Assembly: GCA_044892505.1 (NCBI GenBank)
Contig: CM097883.1
Coordinates: 226,052,001-226,116,000, forward strand
Length of the DNA stretch: 64,000 nucleotides
Direction of reading: 5' to 3'
DNA from: Schmidtea nova
Lineage: Eukaryota
Below are positions 27,560-39,439 of the stretch, one piece after another. Within the stretch, counting starts at the first letter, position 1. Every line of letters starts with the position of its first letter. Under the pieces are notes generated by a model, which had not been told where the DNA came from, made no database searches, and worked only from the letters and a program-made list of their open reading frames with translations. Both the position numbers and the translations under genes were made by a program.

Positions 27560-28190
27560 CCTAATTGAACACTAATGCTTTTTCTCCAACGGTTCACCAT
27601 TGATTTGAGAGCCATTTCGGGGAATTCTTATCTCTTCTCCGCAAGAAATTTCTCCACATTTTCCTTCAAATCATGTTTTGATTCAAATATTTTATCTCAC
27701 AAATCTTTCTACGGATGATTCAACCAAAAATCACTAGGTTCAACATCTGAGTTGTATGGTCAATGTACAATTGCACTAACCCACTGCTTCCTGTGGTTCA
27801 TAAGATGCATAGATCAGAGCGTTGTCAAGGAGAAAATAAATTTCCTGATTTCGTGGCTTGTGTCTTATGATTCTGACTTCATTGATCAAAGAGATGTAGT
27901 ACTCTGAGTATATGTTGTCGTTACGAAACTCAAGCTTCAAGACTTCTTTAACATCCAAAAAAACACAAATTATAACGCATTTATAATGTGAAGTGCCGGA
28001 ATCTTTAGTGGCTTCTCTCCAGGCAATATCTACTCTTTACATTCTCATTTAGAGTGGGGTATGTAGAGAAACAAAGGTGTATCATCCACGGTAACTATAC
28101 TTGCCAGAAAACTTGGTCCGATGCGATTCAGTAAGAAAAAAATTATTTTCACAAGCAACTTTCCGTCTACCCGTCAATTAAATAATAATA
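27560..28190 (-). pseudogene. Degenerate mariner transposase remnant
   Basis: IYSEYY..L..R.KPR..IYFLLDNA and C-terminal VEKFLAEK..MVNRWRKAL segments; VPSFLA. Confidence 0.7.
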
Positions 28191-30902
28191 AATTAAAACA
28201 TTAAAATAAACCATAGATTAAAAACCTTTGTCTTTTTTCAAATATAAAAAAACTTTGTTTTTAACTTTATTATTTCTATGAGTCTAAGGACTCTTTAGCC
28301 TTAAAAGGAATTTTCATCGGAATCAAAATCCAAAATCCAAAATTGAATTTCATAACAACCAATGTCTTACTAAAGTCACTATTTGCTTCAGCAACAGTGT
28401 TACTTTCATAACCACAATATTCATCCTCTTCATTTGTTTTCTTTTGTATATGAATGAAAGTGTGTGTAAGATACGAAGAGTACGGCAAAATAGATAGAGT
28501 GAATGGAATACATGATTGGTGACACAAGGCCATGGATAGAAACAACATTAGCCACACCTTTACAAACAAACTCTTTCAATTTCATTGAATTACATGGCCC
28601 ATTCATTGGCATTAGTTTTACCCTATTTTCCTTCTTTATTGTACAAAGTAACGTCTTTCTCTTTACGCCGTTGTTTGTACCTCCATCCACATCTATACTG
28701 CACTTTTAATAATCAACCTCCTAGAAATGTTTTATCTTCTTCACTATTAATATGGCTATTTACAATTACGTTTATTTTTATTCTTTCAAACTATAGATCA
28801 ACATATTTTCAATTAATTGAAAAATTTGCAAAATAACTGATTTTGCAAACCATGTACATGAAGTGTCTTTGAGATTGATAAGATACTCAAATGTTGCCAC
28901 GATTGTCGAGAGAAACGCATTTTATATAAATGAAAGTTTTGAAGATTGTATTTCTGTTTCACAGCCGGCAATTAATGGAGTCAAAAACCTTTTAAGGAAA
29001 TTGAAAAATTTTAAAAATGCCCAATAACATGGTCATGAGTAGTAAATTTTAGAAGAATATTTTTGAATAACGTTTACTGACTTTTATCAATTTCTTTCAT
29101 ATTTAATAGGTTTCCCAAGCTCTAGCAACTGAAAATATGAGGCGATAGCTTAGGATCTGCGAGAAATAATTTTTAATTGGTAAAATATATTTTTAAATAT
29201 TTTAGTATAATTTTTTATTCTATCAGTAAAACAATTTATAAAATGGTGAAAAAGGAATTATTAATAAAATATTCATTATTCATGAAAAGATATATTTTGA
29301 TATATAGATGATATTTTATTTTGGAGGGGTGTAATGAAATTTTATGAACCAAAATATTTAATACGTTGCCCAAATAAATTAAATGCTATAATTTATCAAA
29401 TCGTTTTTATTTTTTAAATGAAATGCTTTCATCCGAAAACTAAAAACTATTTGATTCTATTTAATAATTTATCATCATTGGATGATATTACAAACTCTAG
29501 CTGCGTTTACACTTATGGTAGTAGAGATTTGATATGAGTTTCTCATACGCCTAATTTGTAAGATATCAAATGTATTTGATAAGAGAAGTTCCTACTGTAT
29601 ATAATTATATTTTATTGTTATTATTCTACAAAAAATATCAACTTTTTAAAACGATAACATCACAAAAATGATATAACATAAAACGAAAACATCACATCAT
29701 CTTTGATTTTTCGTCACTTTTGAACATTTTTTAGAATTACATATATTTTCATTTTTAAGAAAATAAATTAAGTTTTTTTATTGTTTTAAAAATAAAAATA
29801 TAAAATTTATAATATTAATTATTTTTTTGAAAATCTTAATATATTAGTAATAAAGATTTTCTTTATTCTCATTTCAGACTATTAATCAATATTTTTATTG
29901 ATATTTTAAAATGAAAATAATGAAATTGAAAACGAAAATCAATCAATGGCGAAAAAGATAAAAGATTTTATTGGTAATAATTAATAATCGCTATTAAAAA
30001 CTCTGACGTTCTTTACAACTAAATAAAGTTAAATATAATAAGGGCTGCAAAGGCAAAAATGTTTTTAAAAACAATTAAAAGTAAAATTATATTTGACTGC
30101 ATATGGAATGTTCAGTAGCGTGGTGTGACTTCTGAAATGAAAAATGACTCTGCGCTGCTAAAATAAATTGTAATATTTTAAATATAAATACATATTATTA
30201 TTCATATAAATTTGTTTAACTCTTATACTAAATTCTGTATTTTATGATAATTTTCGTTTATTTTAAAAATCTTTATTCTTATTTCTTCGACCTCTAATGT
30301 GTATTCACCAATGGTGTTCAGTTTACATATCTAAATTATAAATATGCATTTTTGGTTGAGATTTTTTCGATCTCAATACTTAAACTTTCCAATGGACTCA
30401 TCTATAATTTTATAGTCCTCTATACAACGGCTCTTGAAACATTTTAATAACTATAACTAGAAACTATAAGTCGCGATCTATAAAAACAAATTACTTTCAT
30501 TTCTCTTGTTGAATATAGAAGTGTTTTACGAGTCCGGTGAACTCTAATGTACCAATGAGTTTTTCCGTCGTGTTCTTTCGGAGTTCACAACAAGTATAAC
30601 ATATATATCTAGATAAAATAAATTTCGCGTGAGGTAATGTGATTTGCGCTTAAATGTTAATAATCAGGACTTAAACTGCTAGAAGTATAAAAATGCTCTA
30701 AATAAGTACACCCGTAAAGTTCATTTCATTAATTGTTGATTCACTTAAGACTGTTGCTTTCGATTTTCAGTACATCGAATGAGAATAAAATTTATTATAG
30801 GAAGATATATGTTGATTCATATTATCTTTCCAATATGCAGTGGTATAACTAGGATTTTATCAACAGGTAGGCACAGACTACATAACTGTTATGCAATTAG
30901 AG

Positions 30903-31330
30903 CAGGGGTCTCAATCTCAAAGTCTAATGCGGGCCGTGTGTGACTAAAAGTATAATCACAGGGACCGCACTACTTAAAATCTTTATACAATGATTAAAAC
31001 ACATAAATCTAGTAGTAAAGAAAGGAAAACCTAAAAATTTTTAACACTATTCTTCTATGGATTAAAATTTTTTAAATATGCAAATCATTATTAATAAAGC
31101 AAATGAAAAATTTTAAAGAATAAATAAACTGTTTTCAATAATATTATTAGAATTACGTAGTGAAGCTTTTATTGAGTTGTAAGCAGACGCAATCGTTCAA
31201 ATAAAAATAATTTTAAATAATTTAAATTTTAAAGCTAATCATGATTTTAATTGTTATATAAGTTTGGTTAAATTACAAAATCCACGTGCTTCGTTTCGGA
31301 CCGCATGAGCGGTTGAATTTGAGCAATGTA
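30903..31330. mobile_element. Degenerate hAT-type MITE
   Basis: Left end caggggtctcaa..gcgggccg; right end ggaccgcatg..tttgag is poorly conserved; no TSD. Confidence 0.4.
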
Positions 31331-31711
31331 TATTTTAGACAATAATTTATTAAATAAATTCATGACTACGATAAGAATTTGCTCTTATTAACTCTTAAAA
31401 TTAACCTTAGAGTAGAGGAAACATAAAATAAACTAATTAATTAAATCAAAAAGTAATCAAAGATCTAATTCCGAGGAAAGTCAAAATAGTAGAATTATAA
31501 GCGTTACTTTTCATTGGATTCAGCTTTGTAAAACTATCTGAGAAATGTTGCATTACCTAGTCTTCATATGAAATCAGTATCAAATACAACTTACGCTGAT
31601 TCAACATTTAGTAAAGCAGGGGCGACAAAAAATCTTTTTGAAGATACTGAAAAATGATTTTACACGCTGCCATTAAATCTGAAATTGTTATAATTGCATT
31701 TATTTTGCTTA

Positions 31712-31938
31712 CCGTATTTTCCTGGGTATTAGTCGCACCGTGGTATTAGTCGCACCAACCTAATTTTTCGATTTTTTCTAAAAAATCATTATTTGTTATT
31801 TCTTCTGGAAATTTGGCTGGACATTTGTTGGTTTGGTTAGAAAAAAAATAAAAATTATCATATAAGTCGCTTCTTTATATTAGTGGCACTTGTATTTTTA
31901 ACGAAAAAAAGTAGCGACTTATACGACAAAAAATACGG
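31712..31938. mobile_element. pogo/Tc-type MITE (227 bp)
   Basis: TA flanks; termini ccgtatttt / aaaatacgg; internal repeated tattagtcgcacc. Confidence 0.8.
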
Positions 31939-33199
31939 TATAAGTAAAATCATTTTGATTAGGAGATATTTAGCATTAAAACCTTTATAAAGTATTTTTA
32001 AAAGTTTATAGTGAAGACAAACGTAAATAATAAGTAACAAAGAGACGTTACCCTCCTTTCCCTCCTTGGTTGTTGCGATGCCGACACGATATGGATAACA
32101 TAATCCTACACTGATAACATTTATGAAAAGGTCCGTCTGCAAAAATTAGGGGACAATAATACAAAAGGTAATAATTAAATGTATTTCAAGTAAGGGAGCT
32201 AAACTTTAAAAGCTTTGTTTAACGACGGAAAGTAATTAAATATAATTAAATCGTTTTTTGTTTAAGTTAATCACAAAACAAAATCAAAAAATCAAAAAAA
32301 TACTTTATTCTGATCTCTCATGGAACCGCGACCTCGAATCATGATTTTACAATCTAATTTCTGTTCGAGTTGTTTCGCTGTATATCCTCGGGGGCCGAGA
32401 ATTCTCCCAACGAAATTATACTAACAACAGAACCCATTAATTAATCAAATGATTTAATTAATTTTTTCACATTGGGATTTTCCTTCACTGGCAGAAAGAT
32501 TTTCTCTTGTTTCGACACGATTCTTCCCTCGCGGGCTGATCCATTGTCAATGGTAGCCACGGTTTTTTCAAATTTGAATAAATTTTCTTTTACAAGTGCG
32601 ATCTCTGACAAATGGAAACATAATTCGTTAAATCAATAAATGCATTTCAAAACCTTTGTCTAATAAATTAGCGACATGCTTGAAATTAATGCCGGATAAT
32701 TGAATTGATTTTTTATCTTTAAATAATTCTTGTAGATAATCTGATGTGTAAATATTTTTCTTTTCACTTGATAATTCATTATTCATAATTAGCGTTAAAA
32801 TAAAACTGATTCAAAAATGTTACTTTTGATAATGTTACATATTGACAATATTAAACAAAAATAAAATATAATCGATATGACGTATAAAATATTTAAGGTT
32901 TATATAAATTTTCATTATATAATTAAAGATTAACTGAAGTAAAAATAGCTCATTTTTAAAAAATATCAAAACTGAAAATGAGTATTTGATAAAATTTTAA
33001 TGTGTATTTTGAAATTGTAAAAATTTTGTTCTGATAAATAGGGTTTCTCTTTTGATAGTATAAACTTAGATTTACGATTAATCTTTCATTTTTTAGTGTA
33101 TTTTGGTAATTGTGATTATTTATTTATAATTAACTTATAGAGAAATTTTAATACAAAATACATGTACATACCTTATTTATCATCGTTAGTTCACTTATA

Positions 33200-34115
33200 C
33201 AGTAAGACCCTGTTTAACGCGGTGGATACGCTCCATCAAAGTAGAGCGTAATGCGAAACAGCGCTAAACGAGGCTATCTTAACATGTATATAATGGGGTT
33301 TGGGGAAGTTGGATAGAAAATTCGTTAGGCATTAAATTTAAAAATTATGATTGTTTTTTATAAAAAGAAAACCAATCATTTATTTATTACAAAAATAAAT
33401 AACAATATAAACGAATATATTATAAAAACAATTAAATTTTTAGTCAGTCAGATCATTCAGTCTATTCTGTGTTTCCAACTTTCTGTGTTTTTGTCAAGAA
33501 AGCATCTAATGTAGTTTGCGTTTGCCTTTTGCGTTTTGTTAGAAGTTGTTGTTAAGAGGATAAAGCATATTTAACACCCCGTCTTGCTTTTGAACTCTTG
33601 TCAAAATTTGGATCATTTTTAACAAATTGGTCCATAATTTCAGTTATAGTGGTCAAACTTCTTTTTACAAACGCCATCGAAAGTTCTTTTTGATCTTCTT
33701 CGAAATCACTATTTTTGTTTTCTTCTTGCGCAGTTAATGCTTTGAGCTCATCATTAGAAAAACTAGCTGCTATTTCTTGAACTATTTCTTCGACGTCTTC
33801 CACGTTTACCTCATCTAAACCGGTTTGTTTCGCTAATTTCACTATTTCTTCACTATTTCATTCATATCGACAAAGTGTCCAATGTCTTCGCTCTTACTTA
33901 AATCCGGCCAAATGTTCTTCCATATTCCTTTCAAAGATCTTTCTGTCATTTCATTCCAAGAAAGGTTTATATTTGCTACAGCATTCATGATATTGTAGTT
34001 TTTCCAAAATTCTCTTATTGATTGTTTTTCTTCTCCGTCTGTTTTTTCAAACATCTGCTTAAATGTTCGCCTCAAATAATAAGCTTTAAAATTGGATATA
34101 ACGCCTTGGTCCATT
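33200..34115 (-). mobile_element. 3' part of a Tigger/pogo transposon
   Basis: TA then TIR cagtaagaccctgtttaacgcgg at 33200; MDQGVISNFKAYYLRRTF..REFWKNYNI..IWKNIWP and EDVEEI..SNDEL..DPNFDKS are Tigger DDE C-terminal motifs. Confidence 0.88.
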
Positions 34116-34891
34116 TGTAGGATCTTTTGGATCACAACTCCTTGATAACCATTTACATCTCTTTGTAGGTCCTCTTTTTCTTTGATCAACTTTTGTCGTT
34201 CCGCTTCCTCTTTCTGTCTAATACCTCGTATTTTTCCATTTATCATCTGTATTTGCCACTGTGCTTTCTTTAATTCTTTTGCTTGTTCCCGAATAAATCG
34301 TTGGCGTTTCCGACTCCATTCTCGGTTTGTCTGCTCTTGTCGCCTTTTCCGCTCCAATTCCTCTTTTAATTCGTCTATCTCTTGATACAGTTTCCAGTCC
34401 TCGCTGTACGCTGTCTTTTTGATTATCTCTTTGGCTTCTTTATACACTCGCTTCGACTCTATTTTCCAATGTCTTGCTTGAGCTTTGATAGCTAATATTT
34501 TTACTTCCATCTTTTCCTCTTGTTTCTCTTTCTCTTCTCTCCTCGCTTTCATCATATTTTTATAATGTTCTGCTTGTTTTCTCATCATCTGATAGATTTC
34601 TTCTATCTTTTCTCGATTTCGTAAATTCGTTTTCTTTAATTGCTTCGTTTGTGCGATAAGCTGCACTATTTTCTCGTTTTCTTCTCGGAGGTGTTGTTTT
34701 CTTATTTCGACCTGATGTCGGCAGTCTTGTAGTTCATCCCATTGGAATGTCATTCTATCATTTAATTCTTTAGTTCTTTGTTCTACTTCTACTTCGCATC
34801 TCCTTTCGATATCTCTTTCCACTGATTCTTGTTCGTTCAACACTTCTCTTCTCGTTTCGTCTTCTGTTACACGTTCTTTTACGTTCTCCAT
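33842..34891 (-). CDS. Chimeric ORF: ~255-aa coiled-coil retroelement cargo fused in frame to the Tigger transposase C-terminus
   Basis: Open 349-aa frame; E/K/R/Q-rich helical region switches at ~34115 to MDQGVISNF. Confidence 0.7.
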   Translation of the reverse strand: MENVKERVTEDETRREVLNEQESVERDIERRCEVEVEQRTKELNDRMTFQWDELQDCRHQVEIRKQHLREENEKIVQLIAQTKQLKKTNLRNREKIEEIYQMMRKQAEHYKNMMKARREEKEKQEEKMEVKILAIKAQARHWKIESKRVYKEAKEIIKKTAYSEDWKLYQEIDELKEELERKRRQEQTNREWSRKRQRFIREQAKELKKAQWQIQMINGKIRGIRQKEEAERQKLIKEKEDLQRDVNGYQGVVIQKILQMDQGVISNFKAYYLRRTFKQMFEKTDGEEKQSIREFWKNYNIMNAVANINLSWNEMTERSLKGIWKNIWPDLSKSEDIGHFVDMNEIVKK

Positions 34892-34977
34892 TCTGCAATT
34901 TACAAATTTACACTTGTTATACTATATGTTACAGTTAAGTTGCTTTTTACACTTTATTTACAGGGTCGTTTGCTCTA

Positions 34978-36390
34978 CTATTCCAACCATCCTTTCGTTG
35001 ACTTCGTGTTCAACATTGTCGTGCTTGTCTTCTTTTCGACCTCTAACTGCACATATAGGTTGTCGTCGTACAACATTTCCCATATTTTATGGTGTACTAC
35101 GAATTTTGGTTCTCCTGTTGCTAATGAACATTCTGTGTTTGGTCTTTTGTACGCTTCGTGCTTTACATCAACTTTGAATATTCTCACTATCGTTTCTCTC
35201 GAATTTTTGATTCTCATTATCGCCTTTGTTTCTAGTGGGCATTCCAGTATATCGTCATAACCGCCTTTACATAACGCAAAAAATAATGACACATGCGTTT
35301 CCTTTCCTGGTCCATCTCCATTTGGATAAATTCTTATTCTGATTTTGTATCCATTTTTCCACAGATAGAATGTTGGACTTGTCACTGACACTTGTTTTCC
35401 TGCTCTTGCTGCTGTGGACTTATCGTTGAAGTTCGTGATTTTCCATACATACGGTGCAACAGGTAGGTTTTCTATATCCTCTGTATCTCGAATTCATATT
35501 TGATGTCGTACGTTTATTTCTTTTACTAAATTCTCTATGACCGTGATTTTGCCCATCATTTTCTCTCTGGTGAGTTCGAATTGTTCTCTCGTTTCCAGTA
35601 ACAGTTCTGTCATTACCCTCTGGGATTCGATTTCCTTTTCTAACTTCTGTATTGTTTGTTCCATCTCACTCAGATTCCCTGTCAACATCTCTGCGTGTTG
35701 TACGGTTTCCGTTTCTAGATGTTCTTTCGTCTCCTTGCTTGTTTTCCTTGCTTCGCATCCCTGTTTGCTCCATACACATTTTCTTGGTTTCGATTCGCAT
35801 TGTTCCCAATGTTTTCGTAACATTACTTCCTCTCCGATTCTGCAATTATTTGGACAAATTCCTCTGAATTCCACACATACTTTCTCTTCTGATACGTTGA
35901 TATGTTCTGTTTCAATTATTCCTTTCGTTTCCTTTTGTTCGCAATGTTGACATTCGATTATCTCTGCTTTGCACTCGTTCTTGTGATTTTCCCACTGTTT
36001 GATGGTTGTCGTCTGTCGACACTTTTCGCATATTGCTTTCTTGTTCTCACATTTCTCCAGATGTTGTGTTAGTTCGATTATTTGTCCTTTCCATTCGCAT
36101 GGTTGATTTATACATTCTGTTTTTATCTTCCAGATCTTCTTTTGGATTGCTTTGTCTGGTTTCGTTTCGTTGATTAGTAATTTATCGTCACACTCCGGAC
36201 ACTTTCTTGTCCCATCTTCGCGGATTATTTGCAATATACACTTGGTGCACATTCTGCATCCACATTCTGTTTGTCTCGGTTTTAACAGTAAGTTTTTACA
36301 CTTTACACATGTCACGGTTACTATCCATTGTCGATTCTCTCCTCCCAAAATTTCGATTGTTTGGTAATCTGCTTCACTTTCTGCTCTCAT
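34978..36390 (-). pseudogene. TRAF-family protein (RING, TRAF Zn fingers, coiled coil, MATH) with a single in-frame TGA at 35494
   Basis: CVKCKNLL..QTECGCRMCTKC..CPEC; CINQPCEWKG..HLEKC; YVWKITNF..SPTFY..GYKIRIRIYPNGDGPGKETHVSLFF..KGGYDDIL; the two ORFs share a frame. Confidence 0.93.
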
Positions 36391-36480
36391 TCTACAACAA
36401 TAGATACATCAACTCTCATATTTTTGATTTTTCTGGTTTTTTTATTTACACATATCTACACAATTTTCCGCTTTATTTCA

Positions 36481-36831
36481 CTATACATTCTCAGTCGAAT
36501 CTGGCTCTGGATACACGTCTATCTCATTTACAATCCAGTTTGTCCAACTATCTGGTATCTCTTCCTCTTCATGTCTCGTTAACCGATTAATTTCCTCTGC
36601 TTGCCAGTCATTTACTTCGTTTAACATTCGGTTCTCATTCTGTAATTCATTTATCTGCTGTTGTTGAATCTCAATTTTGTTCATCGCCTCGAAATTACAG
36701 TTGTAACTCTCGGTTAGTAGTTGCGTCTTTGCCGTCAATTGACTCTGTAATTCGTTTACTGTTCTGGTTAGCAGGTCACATTGCACTTTCCATCTAATCA
36801 TCATTGATATTTCTGCAGTTTCTTGGTTCAT
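36481..36831 (-). CDS. 116-aa coiled-coil ORF of unknown function
   Basis: Open frame with heptad-like Q/E/N-rich segment; followed by AATAAA at 36477-36472. Confidence 0.5.
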   Translation of the reverse strand: MNQETAEISMMIRWKVQCDLLTRTVNELQSQLTAKTQLLTESYNCNFEAMNKIEIQQQQINELQNENRMLNEVNDWQAEEINRLTRHEEEEIPDSWTNWIVNEIDVYPEPDSTENV

Positions 36832-36953
36832 CGTCTTCTAGATTATATACATCAGTCTCTTTTTCTTGTTTTTATGTTTTATAATATTTATACCCATACG
36901 TATACGGTTATGCATTGGTTTTTACAATATTATTTACACTCATATTCCTCCCT

Positions 36954-38929
36954 CTATACCACTATCACTGGTTTTCCTTCATAACACTTCTCATCTTCGA
37001 TTTGTTCCAACATTTCTTTACATTTCGATCTTTTCTTCAGTTCTTTTCGTATTTCCTCTGGTAGTTCTATGTTGTAATTCATGACCTTTATATCTGGCCA
37101 TCGTTCTGCTATGGTCTTATTTCTCATGCCATACATCCAGCATACTACCATAATCGTTATCAGTAATATACACGCTATAAATACTCCAATGCTGATTAAT
37201 CCCATTATCGTTTTTCCAATGCTCTTTTTCTGAGTCTCGCTTTGGTTTATCATTACGCCATATTGACCTTTCCATTCCGCTTCCCATTGTTCGTATAGTT
37301 GTTGTCTCCGTCTGATTTCTTCGACTACTTTCTCTGGTTCCCATCTTTCTTGGCGGTTTGGTATTGTTTCTTCAGTCTCGGTTTGTTCTCTCATCTGACT
37401 CAATTCTTTGAATTCTAACTTTCTGATTCTTCTTTTTATTGTTATATTCCTTGGCGTATAATAGGTTTCACACCTCTCCTGTTGGTTTCCTTGTGTATCT
37501 ACTGCTTCTATTGCACATACTTCGTATTCTGCGTTTGTTTTTAGCCTCTGCATTTTTACTTCAATTATTTCCCCTTTGTTTCCTGCTGTCTTCTGGCAGT
37601 TTTGTGGAGACTTTCCTACATTATTTGGCATTAATTTCCAACAGATTTCTAGGACCTTCTTATGGATCTTCCATATTAGCAAGGTTGTTGACTCCGGTTT
37701 AACTTCGTTTTCCGTCGTCCTCCCCTCTGTTGTTATCCATTGAGTTTGTTAACCGTTGATTATCGTTGTTCTTTTTGACTCTTTCCTCTTCTGTCGGCTT
37801 CTTCTCATTTCAATTACTCTTGTTCCGTTGATTTTCTCTGGCGTCTTGTATAATTTGCACTCCAGACTTCTTTGTATTATTTCTCTTCTTCTTCTGATCA
37901 TGCAAATTTTGTAGGTTTGTCCGACTTCGAATCCATCTAGCTGAAATGGGATTCCTTGTTCTCTTGTTTTACATTGTGGTATTATGTTGCTGGTTGATAT
38001 TCCGAGATATTTTCTCCAACACATTCCAATCGTCCTTCGATTGACGTTTTTTATCTCCACTGTTACCACTTCGTTTGCCATTGTTTCATTGTCTTGCTTC
38101 TTTCTTTTCGGGAACTCGATTATCTCCTTTGGTTTAAACACTTTATACTCGCTCGTTCCTTGTCTATTTCCGTTTGCTGCTTTCTCATGAGACATAGTTC
38201 ACATACTTTATTCGTCTCTATTTCGGTTATTTCGATTTCTTCATTCATCTCCGACTCTCTACTTTCCTTTGTTTCGCTGATTCCAATTACTTCATTGTTT
38301 CGTCCCCAACATCTTCCATTCGTTGTTCGTTGATCCTGGATATTTAGTAACGTCATCACGCTGATGTCTATTTCTTCCTCAATTCTCTTAATTAGGATTA
38401 ATATTAATGCTACGCATATCAATTCTGTTTGGAATGTTAATTTTCCCGCTGGATTTTTGGTTATTCTTTCTTTCTCTGTTCGGTTTCCGGTTACTTCCTC
38501 TGCTTCAGTTTGATTCGTCTGTTTCCTTGATTCCACTTCTGTTCTTTTCGTTGTTTCTTCAATTCTTTTTCCAATCCATTTTTGTATTCTCAGCGCTTCT
38601 GTTGCTTTGAACAATTGACATGAAGTTACTTGAGGTGCTTTTGGTTCTCCTCTCTGCTTTATTGCGCATATTATGTATGACTTTTCTTTTTCCAATACTT
38701 TGATTTGGATGATATCTCGTTTCAAATCCGTCAATATACACTTTAGCGTTTCGTTCTTTCTCATATTCTCTTTCCAGCATATTCTTTCATATACTTCATC
38801 TCCTCTGATTATTTCCAGCGTGACGTATTGTTTCTTGGCTTCTCCTTGTCCGTTGATTGTTATCAATATCGCAAGACACAACATTTCTGGTCTCAAAAGT
38901 AGACTTCCTGTTCGTTTTTCATAGTTCAT
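36954..38929 (-). pseudogene. Membrane protein region: signal-like segments, 4 FN3-like Cys repeats, TM helix, cytoplasmic tail
   Basis: Repeats share CW(K/R)..C..L/F-E..Y-x-I/V-C-x-I..C-x-x-Y/F; TM IMGLISIGVFIACILLITIMVVCWMY; one frameshift and one stop. Confidence 0.6.
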
Positions 38930-39439
38930 ACATTCATCTTTTATTCCACTGTTTTCTCGTTCTTCGGCTTCTTCTTTCTTGTCGTTTCTCGTTGGTTTTG
39001 GTTCTTCCTGTCTTTCTTTTCTATCATCTTCTGTTCCTCTTTTATCGTTGTCTTCGTTGTTATCTTTGTTGTCTTCATCTTTGTCCCCACCTTTGTCATC
39101 GTAATCTCTGTAACCACCCCTGGTCCTTTCAAAATGTCGTCCTCGACATTAATTTCTTTAATCATCCTTTCGTACGCTTGAACTGCGAGTGTGCTAAACT
39201 CAAATTCTTGTATCTCCATATCTTTCGATGGTTCTACGCCTTCTCGTCTACTTTGGCTGATCGTTTCCTTGGCATCTGCCCACTCATTCACATACTTTTT
39301 GAATAAGTCTCTCCATCTTCCCATTCGTTCATGTTCATGGATTATTCGTAAATCTCAAATCTCTTCTCTTCAAGAACTCTTCTACTATCTCTGGCTTCTT
39401 GTGTCTTAATAACGCACCTCTGATACACCAATTCTGATT

